A stretch of 64,000 bases of DNA from an uncultured Pseudobdellovibrionaceae bacterium (GTDB taxonomy: Bacteria; Bdellovibrionota; Bdellovibrionia; Bdellovibrionales; UBA1609): contig CAZWVK010000002.1 of assembly GCA_964636785.1 (NCBI GenBank), positions 3,347 to 67,346 on the forward strand, written 5' to 3'. The translations under genes and the position numbers were made by a program. Below are positions 1 through 9,631 of the stretch, in pieces. Position 1 is the stretch's first letter. Every line of letters starts with the position of its first letter. The notes under the pieces are model-generated. The model saw only the letters and a list, made by a program, of their open reading frames with translations. It was not told where the DNA came from and did not search any database.

Positions 1-493
1 AATGTGAAGACACTAAGGGCAGAAGCGTATTTAAAGCGTCCCATCCGCGATCTCTGACATTCCAATATGGACGCACGGAAGAAACTTTTTTAAGTCCCAC
101 GTTGTGAAGGTGAGCCAAAGATTTTCCAAGCTGAGGAAAATCCTTCGCTAGAATTTCCTGAGGAAGACGTCCCATTGCTTTTGGAAAAACAGCAAAATAA
201 ATGTTCTTGTGCACAGACAAAGTGGAGCCTGATGGCAGAACAAGGGGGCTTACCACCGGGAAGCCTTCAAGTCGTAAATCTTCAAGGAATTCATGCTCTT
301 CGAGGATTGCGTCTTTTGACCACCGGCCTGGACGATAAAATTTTGCAACGACGCGCTCACTGGATTCCAAACTCAACTGAAAAACTCGATTTTCATAAGA
401 GTTCAGTTGAAGATACTCTCCAGTGGACTCAAAACCTTCTTGGTCCAGAGCTGAAAAAACTTCGTCGGGCGTTAAATCAAAAAAAGATTTCAT
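1..493 (-). CDS. srkA: Stress-response Ser/Thr kinase SrkA/YihE-like; N-terminal 164 codons only, gene runs off the left edge
   Basis: Absent from the ORF track because it is edge-truncated. The minus strand is open from ATG (493-491) to position 2. It reads MKSFFDLTPDEVFSALDQEGFESTGEYLQLNSYENRVFQLSLESSERVVAKFYRPGRWSKDAILEEHEFLEDL... This matches the YihE/SrkA N-terminal signature (LNSYENRV.Q ... KFYRP.RW...ILEEH.F). Confidence 0.8.
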   Translation of the reverse strand, partial: MKSFFDLTPDEVFSALDQEGFESTGEYLQLNSYENRVFQLSLESSERVVAKFYRPGRWSKDAILEEHEFLEDLRLEGFPVVSPLVLPSGSTLSVHKNIYFAVFPKAMGRLPQEILAKDFPQLGKSLAHLHNVGLKKVSSVRPYWNVRDRGWDALNTLLPLVSSH

Positions 494-525
494 AACCACT
501 TCCTTTTATCTATTCTTTGACCAAG

Positions 526-1317
526 ATGCAGTCGTTTTTATGGCAAGGTTTTAAAATAGAGGTTAGAAGGCGCGCTTTTCAAAGAACGCTCTCGCTTCGG
601 GTTCCGGCTCCTGGGCTCATTCGGGTTTCCTGTGCGCGCAAACTCTCTATTGAAACGATTCTAAAGTTTATTGAAGAAAAGAAAGATTTTGTTGAAGCCC
701 GTCAAATAGAGTGGCGCACACACTTATCAAAAGCTTTGGTTAAAAATTTTGAAAGCGGGGAAATTTGCCCGTTCTTAGGCCAGCCCCGCACACTCCAAGT
801 GATCGAAAAAAAAGGGAGAAGCAAAGCCGAGCTAAAATCCGATCGGATTCTTGTACATGTCGAAGATCCAAAGCCAGAAGAGGTCCAAAAAGCATTGATT
901 CGATTTTATCAAAAATCAGGGAAGAACTATTTAAGTCATCTTACGAAAATTCAAAGTGAAAGAATGGGTCTTTATCCAAAAGCGTTAAGCTTTCGCTCTC
1001 AAAAAACCAGGTGGGGAAGTTGCAGCTCTCAAGGAAAGATCAGTTTGAATTGGAGATTGGTTGCGGCACCCTCACATATTGCCGAATACGTGGTGATTCA
1101 CGAGCTGGCTCATCTCAAACATCAGGATCACTCCAAGAATTTCTGGAGACTGGTTGAGCAGTTTTCACCAGACTATCGCGATCACAAAGCCTGGCTCAAA
1201 AAACATCAGATTCAGTTTGAGTTCTTAGATCCGAGTTATATTGCTTTAGGCGAGTTTTTCTCATCTACAAAAATAAGCGATGGCACATGGGATGCGGCTT
1301 CTGCATCATCCATCTGA
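526..1317 (+). CDS. YgjP/DUF45-family (SprT/M48-like) metal-dependent hydrolase
   Basis: HExxH motif in [19 protein letters not shown], preceded by [16 protein letters not shown], as is typical of DUF45. ATG at 526; the ORF track uses TTG at 517. The 3' tail overlaps panD by 82 nt. Confidence 0.8.
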   Translation: MQSFLWQGFKIEVRRRAFQRTLSLRVPAPGLIRVSCARKLSIETILKFIEEKKDFVEARQIEWRTHLSKALVKNFESGEICPFLGQPRTLQVIEKKGRSKAELKSDRILVHVEDPKPEEVQKALIRFYQKSGKNYLSHLTKIQSERMGLYPKALSFRSQKTRWGSCSSQGKISLNWRLVAAPSHIAEYVVIHELAHLKHQDHSKNFWRLVEQFSPDYRDHKAWLKKHQIQFEFLDPSYIALGEFFSSTKISDGTWDAASASSI

Positions 1318-1583
1318 ACGTAGCTCGCAATGATCACCAAATCTCCAGAATGAACCAATCGTGCTGCGGCTCCATTGAGGCAAATATCTCCTTCTTTGCC
1401 ATGGATCACATAAGTCGCAAACCTTTGTCCGTTGTTGCAGTTGTAAATTTCAACACGTTCAAAAGGCCTTAATTTGGCATGATCGCAGAGTCTCGGGCAG
1501 ATTGAAATAGAACCTTCGTAATTCAAATTTGCGTCCGTGACAGTTGCGCGGTGAATTTTTGATTTTAACATTGTTACCTGCAT
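1236..1583 (-). CDS. panD: Aspartate 1-decarboxylase
   Basis: [24 protein letters not shown] contains the Gly-Ser self-processing site. Length 115 aa. Lies in the pantothenate/CoA operon. Confidence 0.9.
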   Translation of the reverse strand: MQVTMLKSKIHRATVTDANLNYEGSISICPRLCDHAKLRPFERVEIYNCNNGQRFATYVIHGKEGDICLNGAAARLVHSGDLVIIASYVQMDDAEAASHVPSLIFVDEKNSPKAI

Positions 1584-1594
1584 TAATTCTCTCC

Positions 1595-2371
1595 TTAACT
1601 TTTAAAATTCATTTGAAAGGCGTCATGGATTCCATGAAGCACAAGGTCTGGATGCTCTTGATCAAAAACTTCCGTCTTATTATACAATGAAGCGATTCCG
1701 CCTGTTCCAATAATAAGTGGACGTTCACCATCAAAGACCTCATTGGTGATATTTTGTGAGATCTCCTTGATCGCACCCTTTGTTCCATGAAAAAGACCGG
1801 ACTGAATGCTCTCGATAGTGCCGCGACCTAGAGTGAATTTGGTCGGAACAATTTCTACAGGGGGAAGTTTTGAGGTTTGAGACTCCAAAGCTTCCATTGA
1901 AATCCGCAGTCCCGCAATAATGACTCCACCAAGATATTCAGCATTTTTAGAAATCGCACAAAACGTCGTCGCTGTACCGAAATCAATAATCAAAAGGTTT
2001 TGATTAGGAAACTTTTTAACTGCGGCAATCGCATTTGCGATTCGGTCGGCCCCGACTTCCAATGGATTTTTGTATTTGATTTTAAGGCCCGTTTTCACAC
2101 CGGCCTGAAGGACAAAAGGCTCACCATCAAAGTACTTTCGGCAGGCATTTCTCAAAGAATGAAGTGTTTCAGGTACCACCGTGCAGATGGCAATCTGCTC
2201 GACTTCTTTTGGATCAAGGCCGTTCTCTCTTAAAATGGACCGCAAGAAAACTCCTGTTTCATCCGAGGAATATCCGGCTTTCGATGATTTCCTGAAACGT
2301 AGAATCAGCTCACCATTTCGAAAAACTCCACCAAAAATCTGAGAGTTCCCGACGTCAAGACATAAGATCAT
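1595..2371 (-). CDS. coaX: Type III pantothenate kinase
   Basis: [17 protein letters not shown] start and [10 protein letters not shown] and IIGTGG motifs of the CoaX/ASKHA fold. 4-nt overlap with coaBC. Confidence 0.9.
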   Translation of the reverse strand: MILCLDVGNSQIFGGVFRNGELILRFRKSSKAGYSSDETGVFLRSILRENGLDPKEVEQIAICTVVPETLHSLRNACRKYFDGEPFVLQAGVKTGLKIKYKNPLEVGADRIANAIAAVKKFPNQNLLIIDFGTATTFCAISKNAEYLGGVIIAGLRISMEALESQTSKLPPVEIVPTKFTLGRGTIESIQSGLFHGTKGAIKEISQNITNEVFDGERPLIIGTGGIASLYNKTEVFDQEHPDLVLHGIHDAFQMNFKS

Positions 2372-3555
2372 TGTGATTCCTCCAAAACCGTTTGAATCTG
2401 TTGAAACATTTGAGATTTGTTCTTAAATTCAATCACTTCATCATCAGAGCGGATTAATAAACCTTTATGTGAACTCTGAGTTTTATCTCGTAAGTCATTT
2501 GCGACCACGGCACTCAGTTGATTTTTCTTCAAAAGATCATTCGCAATTCGCTTTTGACCGGCTTGAGTCTGATCAACAGTGAGCTTGAACCCAACAATCT
2601 TTAATTCTTTGTTTCGACTCCATTCCCGTAAGTGCGATATAATTTTAGGAGTTCTCTTTAATTCAAGAGTGATTTTTTCTAGATCGGAGCTGATTTTTCC
2701 GGATTGAATTTCAGGCGAAAAATCGCTGACGGCTGCTAAGTGCACAAGACCCGAATAAGTTTCTGATTGAAGCTTTTCTTTCAGTTTCTCACTCAGATCC
2801 CCATGACTTGTGAAATAGGTGACCATCGCCGAGTTGGAGTGAAAGCGTGCTGTCTGAGATAAAAGAAGTTCAACTTCAAATCCTTGAGAGGAAAGATGAT
2901 CTGAAAGAAGACAGGCCGTTTCACCGGAGCTTGTGTTGGTGATAGAGCGTACTGCATCAATAGATTCTGAAGTGCCACCGCCGGTGATCAGGATTTTTCC
3001 TTTCCTTTGATGTTTTCCAGAAAGTGTATCTTTGATCTCTGCTAGAATATCTTCTTGTTCGGGAAGTCGTCCTTCTCCTGTTTCACCACAAGCCAGATTT
3101 CCCGAAGAAGGCTGAATAATTCGCGTGTATGGAAGAGTGGAAATCAACTCCACATTCTTTTGCACAAATGGGTGATTCCACATGACTGTATTCATCGCTG
3201 GAAAAATCATTGCAGGCACTTCGGGCTTTTTGGCTAAAAAAAGACTTGAGATCAGATCTCCTGCTGATCCGTTTGCAAGCTGAGAGAGTTTTTGTGCGCT
3301 TGCAGGACAGAGCACGAAAAGATCCGCCCACCTGGCATAATCGATATGAGCCATTGCCTCTCCGGATTCGAACAAATCGTCCAGAACCTTTCGATTCGTT
3401 AATCCCTCAAAGGTCATTTTGCCAACAAACTGTGAAGCCGTAGGAGAAAAGACGACTTGGACTTCGTGTCCTTGCTTGACCAAATCAGACACCACTCCAG
3501 CAGCTTTGAATGCAGAAATAGATCCAGATACACAAAAAAGAATCTTTGCACTCAT
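2368..3555 (-). CDS. coaBC: Bifunctional phosphopantothenoylcysteine decarboxylase / phosphopantothenate-cysteine ligase
   Basis: N-terminal flavoprotein domain ([22 protein letters not shown]) plus C-terminal ligase domain ([19 protein letters not shown]). 395 aa. Confidence 0.9.
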   Translation of the reverse strand: MSAKILFCVSGSISAFKAAGVVSDLVKQGHEVQVVFSPTASQFVGKMTFEGLTNRKVLDDLFESGEAMAHIDYARWADLFVLCPASAQKLSQLANGSAGDLISSLFLAKKPEVPAMIFPAMNTVMWNHPFVQKNVELISTLPYTRIIQPSSGNLACGETGEGRLPEQEDILAEIKDTLSGKHQRKGKILITGGGTSESIDAVRSITNTSSGETACLLSDHLSSQGFEVELLLSQTARFHSNSAMVTYFTSHGDLSEKLKEKLQSETYSGLVHLAAVSDFSPEIQSGKISSDLEKITLELKRTPKIISHLREWSRNKELKIVGFKLTVDQTQAGQKRIANDLLKKNQLSAVVANDLRDKTQSSHKGLLIRSDDEVIEFKNKSQMFQQIQTVLEESQ

Positions 3556-4322
3556 TGTGCACTCCTTGTATCGACCTGAACATTGTCGATCAGTCGAACA
3601 GACCCAATCAAAACCGCTCCAAAGCGACGGCCATTTAGATCTTGAACATAATCGACCTTGAAGTCTTTCTGATTCAGCCAGTTGATAGCGTCCTCGGCAC
3701 TTCGGGATTCTTTTAACGCCTTATAAAATTCCGCAGCAATTCTTTTTTCATCTTCAGAAAGACGTAAGTTTCTAGAGCTCATGGCCAATCCGGATTCTTC
3801 GCGGACTGTGGGCACTGCTATAATCTCAATATTCAAAAAGAATTCACGAACCATTTTCTGAATGAGTAGAAGCTGCTGATAGTCTTTCTCGCCAAAAAAG
3901 GCTTTATGCGGCTGAGTCAGTTGAAAGAGCTTCATAACAACGGTTAATACACCATCAAAGTGGCCTGGCCGCGCCTGACCGCAAAGCTTGTTGGATAATT
4001 CAGATTCGGTGACCTTCATGGTCATCCCCTGAGGGTAAAGATCATTCACACTTGGAATCCATACGGCATCTACGTCCTTTAATAACTTTAAGTCCTCATC
4101 CAGTCGGGTTGGATACTTCTCGAAATCGTCTTTATCATTAAATTGAAGGGGATTGACAAAGATGCTCACCAAAACCTTGGAGCAGGATGATTTGGACTTT
4201 TCCACAAGGCTTAAATGACCCTGATGAAGGGCGCCCATGGTCGGTACAAAGCCCAGCTGATCATTTTTATTCAGAGAGCTTCGCCACTCGATCAATTCCC
4301 GGTTGGATCTCAATATCCTCAT
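3552..4322 (-). CDS. panC: Pantoate-beta-alanine ligase
   Basis: GFVPTMGALHQGHLSLV (HIGH-like motif), FVNPLQF, FGEKDYQQ. Confidence 0.92.
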   Translation of the reverse strand: MRILRSNRELIEWRSSLNKNDQLGFVPTMGALHQGHLSLVEKSKSSCSKVLVSIFVNPLQFNDKDDFEKYPTRLDEDLKLLKDVDAVWIPSVNDLYPQGMTMKVTESELSNKLCGQARPGHFDGVLTVVMKLFQLTQPHKAFFGEKDYQQLLLIQKMVREFFLNIEIIAVPTVREESGLAMSSRNLRLSEDEKRIAAEFYKALKESRSAEDAINWLNQKDFKVDYVQDLNGRRFGAVLIGSVRLIDNVQVDTRSAQ

Positions 4323-5107
4323 TCGTAGCTTTCCTTGACACTTGGAAAGTCACCATCCTTCACCGCTTTGGTGTAGCTCTGAGTGGCATTTATCAAGAAC
4401 TCTTCGCCCGCTCCAAATTTTCGCACAAAGCGAGGTTGGAGATCGGCAGTCATTCCAAGTAGATCATGTAAGACAAGAACTTGGCCGTCACAATCCACTC
4501 CGGCTCCAATTCCAATAACAGGTATTGAGAGTTTCTCGCTCACTTGCTTGGCGAGTGAAGAGGGAACACACTCAAGAACCACTGAAAAGGCACCGGCCTC
4601 TTCCAAAGCCAAAGCATCTCTTAATAGGATCTCCTGAGCACTTTCTGATTTCGCTTGAACTTTAAATCCACCAAACGCATGAACAAACTGAGGAGTCAGT
4701 CCCAGATGTCCCATCACAGGGACTCCGGATTGAGTGAGGCGCTCAATCAATTCAAGATTGCCTTTTGCACCTTCGAGCTTTACTGCATTTGCTCCAGCCT
4801 GAATAAGTTTCCCCGCCGCCTCAATGGAAGAGTCCATGCTCTTTCGAAAAGAAAGAAACGGCAGGTCCCCAATGATGAATTTCTGTGGGGCTCCACGACG
4901 AACGGCTTCTGTGTGAGTGACCATCAGGTCCATTGTGGCCCTGGTTGTATCCGGATATCCATACACCACCATGGCCAGAGAATCTCCAACCAGGATCATA
5001 TCGACATCTGTTTTTGCTAAGAGTTTTGCGCTCCATGAATCGTAACAGGTCACCATCGTGAGTTTTCGTTTTGATTTTGCTTCTAAGACTTTAGGTAAGG
5101 TCATCAT
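4319..5107 (-). CDS. panB: 3-methyl-2-oxobutanoate hydroxymethyltransferase
   Basis: MVTCYDSWSA, LVGDSLAMVVYGY, VKLEG, GHLGLTPQ motifs. 262 aa. Confidence 0.92.
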   Translation of the reverse strand: MMTLPKVLEAKSKRKLTMVTCYDSWSAKLLAKTDVDMILVGDSLAMVVYGYPDTTRATMDLMVTHTEAVRRGAPQKFIIGDLPFLSFRKSMDSSIEAAGKLIQAGANAVKLEGAKGNLELIERLTQSGVPVMGHLGLTPQFVHAFGGFKVQAKSESAQEILLRDALALEEAGAFSVVLECVPSSLAKQVSEKLSIPVIGIGAGVDCDGQVLVLHDLLGMTADLQPRFVRKFGAGEEFLINATQSYTKAVKDGDFPSVKESYE

Positions 5108-5828
5108 GATTTTCTCGTGTGTTAAAGGATTCTAAGAAATGGGAGTAAGAGGTCTTTAATGAAGGAAAGGCATTAAGGCTTTCGAGGTGAGCGGAAATCG
5201 TATTAAGATCTTTACGTCCAAAGGGGCCGGCATTGAGATCTGTTTTACTATCGATCACTTGTTTTAAAACCTGGTGAAGATAAGGGTAAAAGATTTCGCG
5301 TGGCAGATTCAGATTCTGTTCGAGTTCCGAGCAAATATTCTCCCAAATCAGCTTGGGATAGTTTCCAGCCAAGTGACAAAAGCTGTGATAGAGGGGCTTG
5401 TCTTTTGATTTAAGAACAAACTTTGGATTTGGAAGCTGGTCGAGCCATGACAATTCCAGCGCGTCTGGGTCCATAACCAGAGGAATTCGATCATATTCAC
5501 CGGGCTCAAGCGGAGTATGAGCGAATGTCATCAACGGATGGATGCCAACAGCCAATGATGTGGAAGTGGAGCCTGAAAAATGAATCTTTGTTAGATCCTT
5601 TGGAAGTTTCTTGGCGACATCTTCAATCGCGTGGTCAGAGACGGCTAAGAATGCCACTCCTGCATTTGCTGCCTTTGAGGTTAGATCCTCAAAAGATTCA
5701 TCACGACTCCATGATAGCCAAGAAGAAACACCTTTTGACCTGAGATATACTTTCAAATGGGTCGCTAATCGGCCGCTCCCGATGATAAGAGGAGGAGTGG
5801 GAAAATCTTTTCCAGTATTTTTCATCAT
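5091..5828 (-). CDS. Rossmann-fold + DUF2520-type oxidoreductase, candidate ketopantoate reductase (PanG-like)
   Basis: N-terminal IIGSGRLATHL dinucleotide-binding motif. C-terminal AGPFGRKD resembles the DUF2520 TGP..RGD motif. First gene of the pan/coa operon, 17-nt overlap with panB. No panE or ilvC in the window. Confidence 0.6.
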   Translation of the reverse strand: MMKNTGKDFPTPPLIIGSGRLATHLKVYLRSKGVSSWLSWSRDESFEDLTSKAANAGVAFLAVSDHAIEDVAKKLPKDLTKIHFSGSTSTSLAVGIHPLMTFAHTPLEPGEYDRIPLVMDPDALELSWLDQLPNPKFVLKSKDKPLYHSFCHLAGNYPKLIWENICSELEQNLNLPREIFYPYLHQVLKQVIDSKTDLNAGPFGRKDLNTISAHLESLNAFPSLKTSYSHFLESFNTRENHDDLT

Positions 5829-5952
5829 TTGGTACCTGTCCTAAACGTTGATGGATCAAGTCCTTACTGACTCTTAAATACTGCTGTTTGGATCTCGGCG
5901 CAAGGCGATATTTTGATGTCTTTTTTCCAGGGACGTTGGTAAAAGGCCCCTT

Positions 5953-6690
5953 ATGTTGAGATGGGTATGGGTATTCGTTGCAGTCGTGTTGTCATCAGGA
6001 ATTTACTTTTCCATTCGTTATGGTTTGCGGCCAAAGCCCATTCCAATGATGAAACCAACGGTTTTTGCTGATTATGAAGAGATGGGCTCTATGCTCTTCA
6101 AACGGCTCAGTCAGCCCATTCGCTCAGAGAAAATTATTGTTTTGGGATACGAGCCCACGCTGAGCGAAGCCAATCTTATTTGGCAGGGACTTCTTAAAGC
6201 AGCGCGCTCTCACCGAGTCCAAATTAACAAGATTTATTATTTGGGAAGTGAGAATCTTCCCGGTTATTTTCAGTCTCTAAAGGTCGAGGATCTTGATCTC
6301 TCGCAGATTGAGAGCATAAAAGAACAGCTGATTCGGGCCAAAAGAAGAAATGGTATTAATGTATTCATAGTACCTACCGATCAAGCCACTCATCTCAGAA
6401 AAGATTCTTTAACAAAGAAGCTTGAATCTTCGGCGCTTGGACCCGTCTTATCTCTTTCTCAGCTTCCCTTGATTCTTGATTCTGAAGAGCAGGAAAAGGT
6501 TTCGAGTTCATGTACAGAATTGGATCCGGATGACTTCCGTGCAAAGCTCGACTGCACGTCTTTTAAATTCGCAAAATCTCAGGCTCGTCGAAAATTAGAT
6601 CCATCAAAAACCTATGGCGCTCTAGAGCGCCATGGATTAAAAGAGTATTTGATTTTCGTTCACCCAGTTGGCGGCCCGGTCGATCAATAA
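5953..6690 (+). CDS. Hypothetical N-terminally membrane-anchored protein
   Basis: ORF of 245 aa with a hydrophobic N-terminus (WVWVFVAVVLSSGIYF). I recognise no family. Confidence 0.5.
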   Translation: MLRWVWVFVAVVLSSGIYFSIRYGLRPKPIPMMKPTVFADYEEMGSMLFKRLSQPIRSEKIIVLGYEPTLSEANLIWQGLLKAARSHRVQINKIYYLGSENLPGYFQSLKVEDLDLSQIESIKEQLIRAKRRNGINVFIVPTDQATHLRKDSLTKKLESSALGPVLSLSQLPLILDSEEQEKVSSSCTELDPDDFRAKLDCTSFKFAKSQARRKLDPSKTYGALERHGLKEYLIFVHPVGGPVDQ

Positions 6691-8057
6691 TCGTGTGCTA
6701 AGGGCTTTTTGACAGAGCGAAAATAGGTCCGAGGTGAAAGCATGACCAAATCAGAGAGTTTCGACATGTACACACAGGCGAAACGATCCACTTGGTAGCC
6801 AAAATAGCTTTCTTCAATTCCTGCGCGCATCACTTCACCCCAATAAGGATTATAAATCTTTTGGAGATCCTTAATTTTGCCAGAAATAGAACGATCAATT
6901 TTATTGATCCGCTGAATGAGTTCCTGAACCATGGACTCATTGGATTTATCGCCGGTTTCAATCTGTACTGAGATCAACTCATCCACTTGCACTTCCAGAG
7001 GAACTTTAGAAGCCATGAGTCGGTCAATTTCATCTGTAATCGGTTTAGCTTCCTTGTTTTTGCCGACCTCAGTGCCGAGCTCCTCGATCACCAAAGCCGT
7101 GCGCCATGCACAGTCCTTTTTTAACCGAACAACATCTCCATAAATATGATCCCCGATATAAAGAATTTCATCAGGCTCGGTCTGTAGTGCTTCCGTGAAA
7201 GAAAGTGCATACCCTCCCTGATAAATCCCGGGCACTAAAGGTCCCTCGGTATTTGAGAGAGTGCCATGGGTCGGATCAACCGCGAGAAATGAGTTTTTAT
7301 CGGTGAAGAATCGTGGCTTGGCAGCCAGCGTGATCGTGTACTCAAAAAGCTCCTGCCAGCTTTTATGATTTTCAAGATAAGGCGTTATGCAGTAATCAAG
7401 AAGAAGTTTTGTGTAACTGAAATCACTATTAGTCAGAACAAAGAGCTTTTTCCCGTGTATTTTAAAGCGCTCAAGACCTCGGACCATTTCTGCATCTACA
7501 ATAATAAACTGATCCAGATTTTCGCGGACACGATCTTTTAAACTTCCATCCCGATGAGCCTGATCCAGTGTGAAGTTTAAATCCTCTGCAATCTGTGTAT
7601 AGCTAGGAAAGTTCAGTTCAGTGTGAGTGTCTTTGAAGTCCACCAATTGCATGAATAGTCCAGCAAACGCAATTGAGAATGTGGTGTCCACAGTGTCATA
7701 GTTCGGATCACGAAGATCGACGTAGGTGCTCCCATAGAGTTTTCGTTGCTCACGATAATCGATGGGCTTTATGCCGTGATAGCTCACCCGAATCCCGCCA
7801 TGGCGTGAAAGCTTGAGAACGTTTCCTTTGGCCTTATCAATAACAAGGCCACGAATGGCGCGATCAAAGGAAAATTGGATATTTAAAATATCCTCTGGAT
7901 AGTTCTTAAGGCTGACTAATTTTTTAAGCATCACTTCATGCGCAACTCTCTCAAAGTTTTCACTTTTGTAGCGCACCAGAGTGTGGTCCATGTCAAAGCC
8001 AAGGTATTTGATTCGTTTTAAATTGAGTGTGCGATTAACAAAAACTGTTTGGGTCAT
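6684..8057 (-). CDS. HAD-superfamily 5'-nucleotidase, cytosolic cN-II-like (eukaryote-type family)
   Basis: HAD motif I in YLGFDMDHTLVRY. FVLTNSDFSYT and YIGDHIYGD motifs and the 457-aa length are typical of the cN-II family. Confidence 0.8.
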   Translation of the reverse strand: MTQTVFVNRTLNLKRIKYLGFDMDHTLVRYKSENFERVAHEVMLKKLVSLKNYPEDILNIQFSFDRAIRGLVIDKAKGNVLKLSRHGGIRVSYHGIKPIDYREQRKLYGSTYVDLRDPNYDTVDTTFSIAFAGLFMQLVDFKDTHTELNFPSYTQIAEDLNFTLDQAHRDGSLKDRVRENLDQFIIVDAEMVRGLERFKIHGKKLFVLTNSDFSYTKLLLDYCITPYLENHKSWQELFEYTITLAAKPRFFTDKNSFLAVDPTHGTLSNTEGPLVPGIYQGGYALSFTEALQTEPDEILYIGDHIYGDVVRLKKDCAWRTALVIEELGTEVGKNKEAKPITDEIDRLMASKVPLEVQVDELISVQIETGDKSNESMVQELIQRINKIDRSISGKIKDLQKIYNPYWGEVMRAGIEESYFGYQVDRFACVYMSKLSDLVMLSPRTYFRSVKKPLAHDY

Positions 8058-8071
8058 TCCTTTTAGACTTT

Positions 8072-8431
8072 CTATTTAACGGGAAGCTCTAACTGATTCC
8101 AGAGTATCATTCCACCGGCCATATTGTAGGCCTCTAGGCCTTCTTCCTGGGCAAAAGAAGTGGCGACCGCAGATCGGCCACCGCTTCGGCAAATAAACAC
8201 AATGGTTTTATCTCTTGGCAATTCAGCAAGGCGTCCCCCGATTTCGTCCAAAGGGATGTGATGGATGCCCTCGGCGTGTCGCAGTTCGCCTTCCAGCTCT
8301 TCAGAGGTTCGAACGTCGACTAAGTGGAGCTCAGATGCCTTTTTATGCACTTCCTCTGGAGAAACATCCAAAACATTGGGATTATTCGGGTTCATTTTGG
8401 CGCTTTCCAATGGAACTTTTTGACTTGGCAT
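8072..8431 (-). CDS. Single-domain rhodanese sulfurtransferase
   Basis: Active-site loop FICRSGGRS and LVDVRTSEE. Start refined to ATG 8431, with AAGGAG 6-7 nt upstream. The longer tracked ORF (to 8620) would overlap the divergent hmgA-like gene. Confidence 0.8.
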   Translation of the reverse strand: MPSQKVPLESAKMNPNNPNVLDVSPEEVHKKASELHLVDVRTSEELEGELRHAEGIHHIPLDEIGGRLAELPRDKTIVFICRSGGRSAVATSFAQEEGLEAYNMAGGMILWNQLELPVK

Positions 8432-8494
8432 GTAAGACTCCTTAAACCTGGCCTCTCGATAAAGTAGCGGTAAAATCCAGGTCTGTCGAGACGA

Positions 8495-9631
8495 ATGGAG
8501 GCACTTATAATGCATCAGTACCAACAAGGAATTTATACGAAGCAGGCCCACAAAGGCATTCCTGACGGTTGCTTTGAAGAAGAGCAGGGGCTCAAGGGTT
8601 TCTTCGGCCCAGCCTCTCATTTAATCAAACGTGAGCCGAGCACACGCTGGAAAAAAATCGATGGTCCTTTGAAGCCACGGATGTTTGATCTTGTTCCCGT
8701 ATTTTCAAAGCCAAGTGATCCAGTTTCATTTGAGCAAAGAGTTCTTTTTAATCGGGATATTTCTATTGGCATCAAAGTCCTTCACCCTTCACCAGAGCAT
8801 TCTGCAAAAGCTTTTCGTAATGCGGACGGGGATGTTCTTTATTTTTGTCATGAAGGTCATGGAGTTGTTTTAACGGAATACGGACTTTTGGATTACTCAA
8901 AAGGTCAGTACCTTGTTGTGCCGAAATGTTTAACTCACTCGATTATCCCCGAGGCTGCTTCTCAATTCTTTGTTGTAGAAAATAAGACCAGTCACTTTCA
9001 AGAGCCGGATCGCGGGATTGTCGGACGTCATGCGATTTATGATACAGCTGCACTCGGAAAGCCGGATTTGGATCGGATGAAAGAGTATATGAAATACATT
9101 GAAGATGGCACTCTGGAAATTTCCGTAAAAAGAGGAAATGAAATTACAAGATTTGAGTATGACAACTCCATCTACGACACCTTGGGATGGAAGGGAGATC
9201 TTTTTCCTTTTACTCTTCACACAGACGATATGATGCCGCTTATGAGCCATAGAGCCCATTTGCCACCCAGCGCACATACGACTTTTGTGGCAAAAGAGTT
9301 TGTTGTCTGCACGTTTTTGCCACGTCCACTTGAAAGTGATGAAGACGCTTTAAGGGTTCCTTTTTACCATCAAAATATTGATTACGATGAAGTGCTTTTC
9401 TATCATCGTGGGGATTTTTTCAGTCGTGACAATCTCCATGCGGGAATGATGAGCTTTCATCCGGCAGGATTTCCTCATGGGCCTCATCCAAAAGCGGTTA
9501 AGTCCATTGGCGGAAAGACTCACACCAATGAGTATGCCGTGATGATTGATACTCGCTGGCCTCTTGAGGTGGATCAAACCGCAAAATCATTGGAGCTTCC
9601 GGATTATTGGCAGTCATGGCAATCGAAGTAG
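8495..9631 (+). CDS. hmgA: Homogentisate 1,2-dioxygenase-like (short form)
   Basis: Cupin-type enzyme with SFHPAGFPHGPHP near the C-terminus and FRNADGDVLYFCHEG, which resemble HGD motifs. The start could be 8495 or the ATG at 8510. Confidence 0.75.
   Translation: MEALIMHQYQQGIYTKQAHKGIPDGCFEEEQGLKGFFGPASHLIKREPSTRWKKIDGPLKPRMFDLVPVFSKPSDPVSFEQRVLFNRDISIGIKVLHPSPEHSAKAFRNADGDVLYFCHEGHGVVLTEYGLLDYSKGQYLVVPKCLTHSIIPEAASQFFVVENKTSHFQEPDRGIVGRHAIYDTAALGKPDLDRMKEYMKYIEDGTLEISVKRGNEITRFEYDNSIYDTLGWKGDLFPFTLHTDDMMPLMSHRAHLPPSAHTTFVAKEFVVCTFLPRPLESDEDALRVPFYHQNIDYDEVLFYHRGDFFSRDNLHAGMMSFHPAGFPHGPHPKAVKSIGGKTHTNEYAVMIDTRWPLEVDQTAKSLELPDYWQSWQSK

Noticed and set aside
175-495. 106-aa plus-strand ORF from the track
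   Set aside because: It lies entirely antisense to a clearly recognisable srkA/yihE-like gene on the minus strand. It has a TTG start and no family resemblance.
8432-8620. N-terminal 63-codon extension of the rhodanese ORF
   Set aside because: It would overlap the divergent hmgA-like gene. ATG 8431 has a good AAGGAG and gives a normal single-domain rhodanese of 119 aa.
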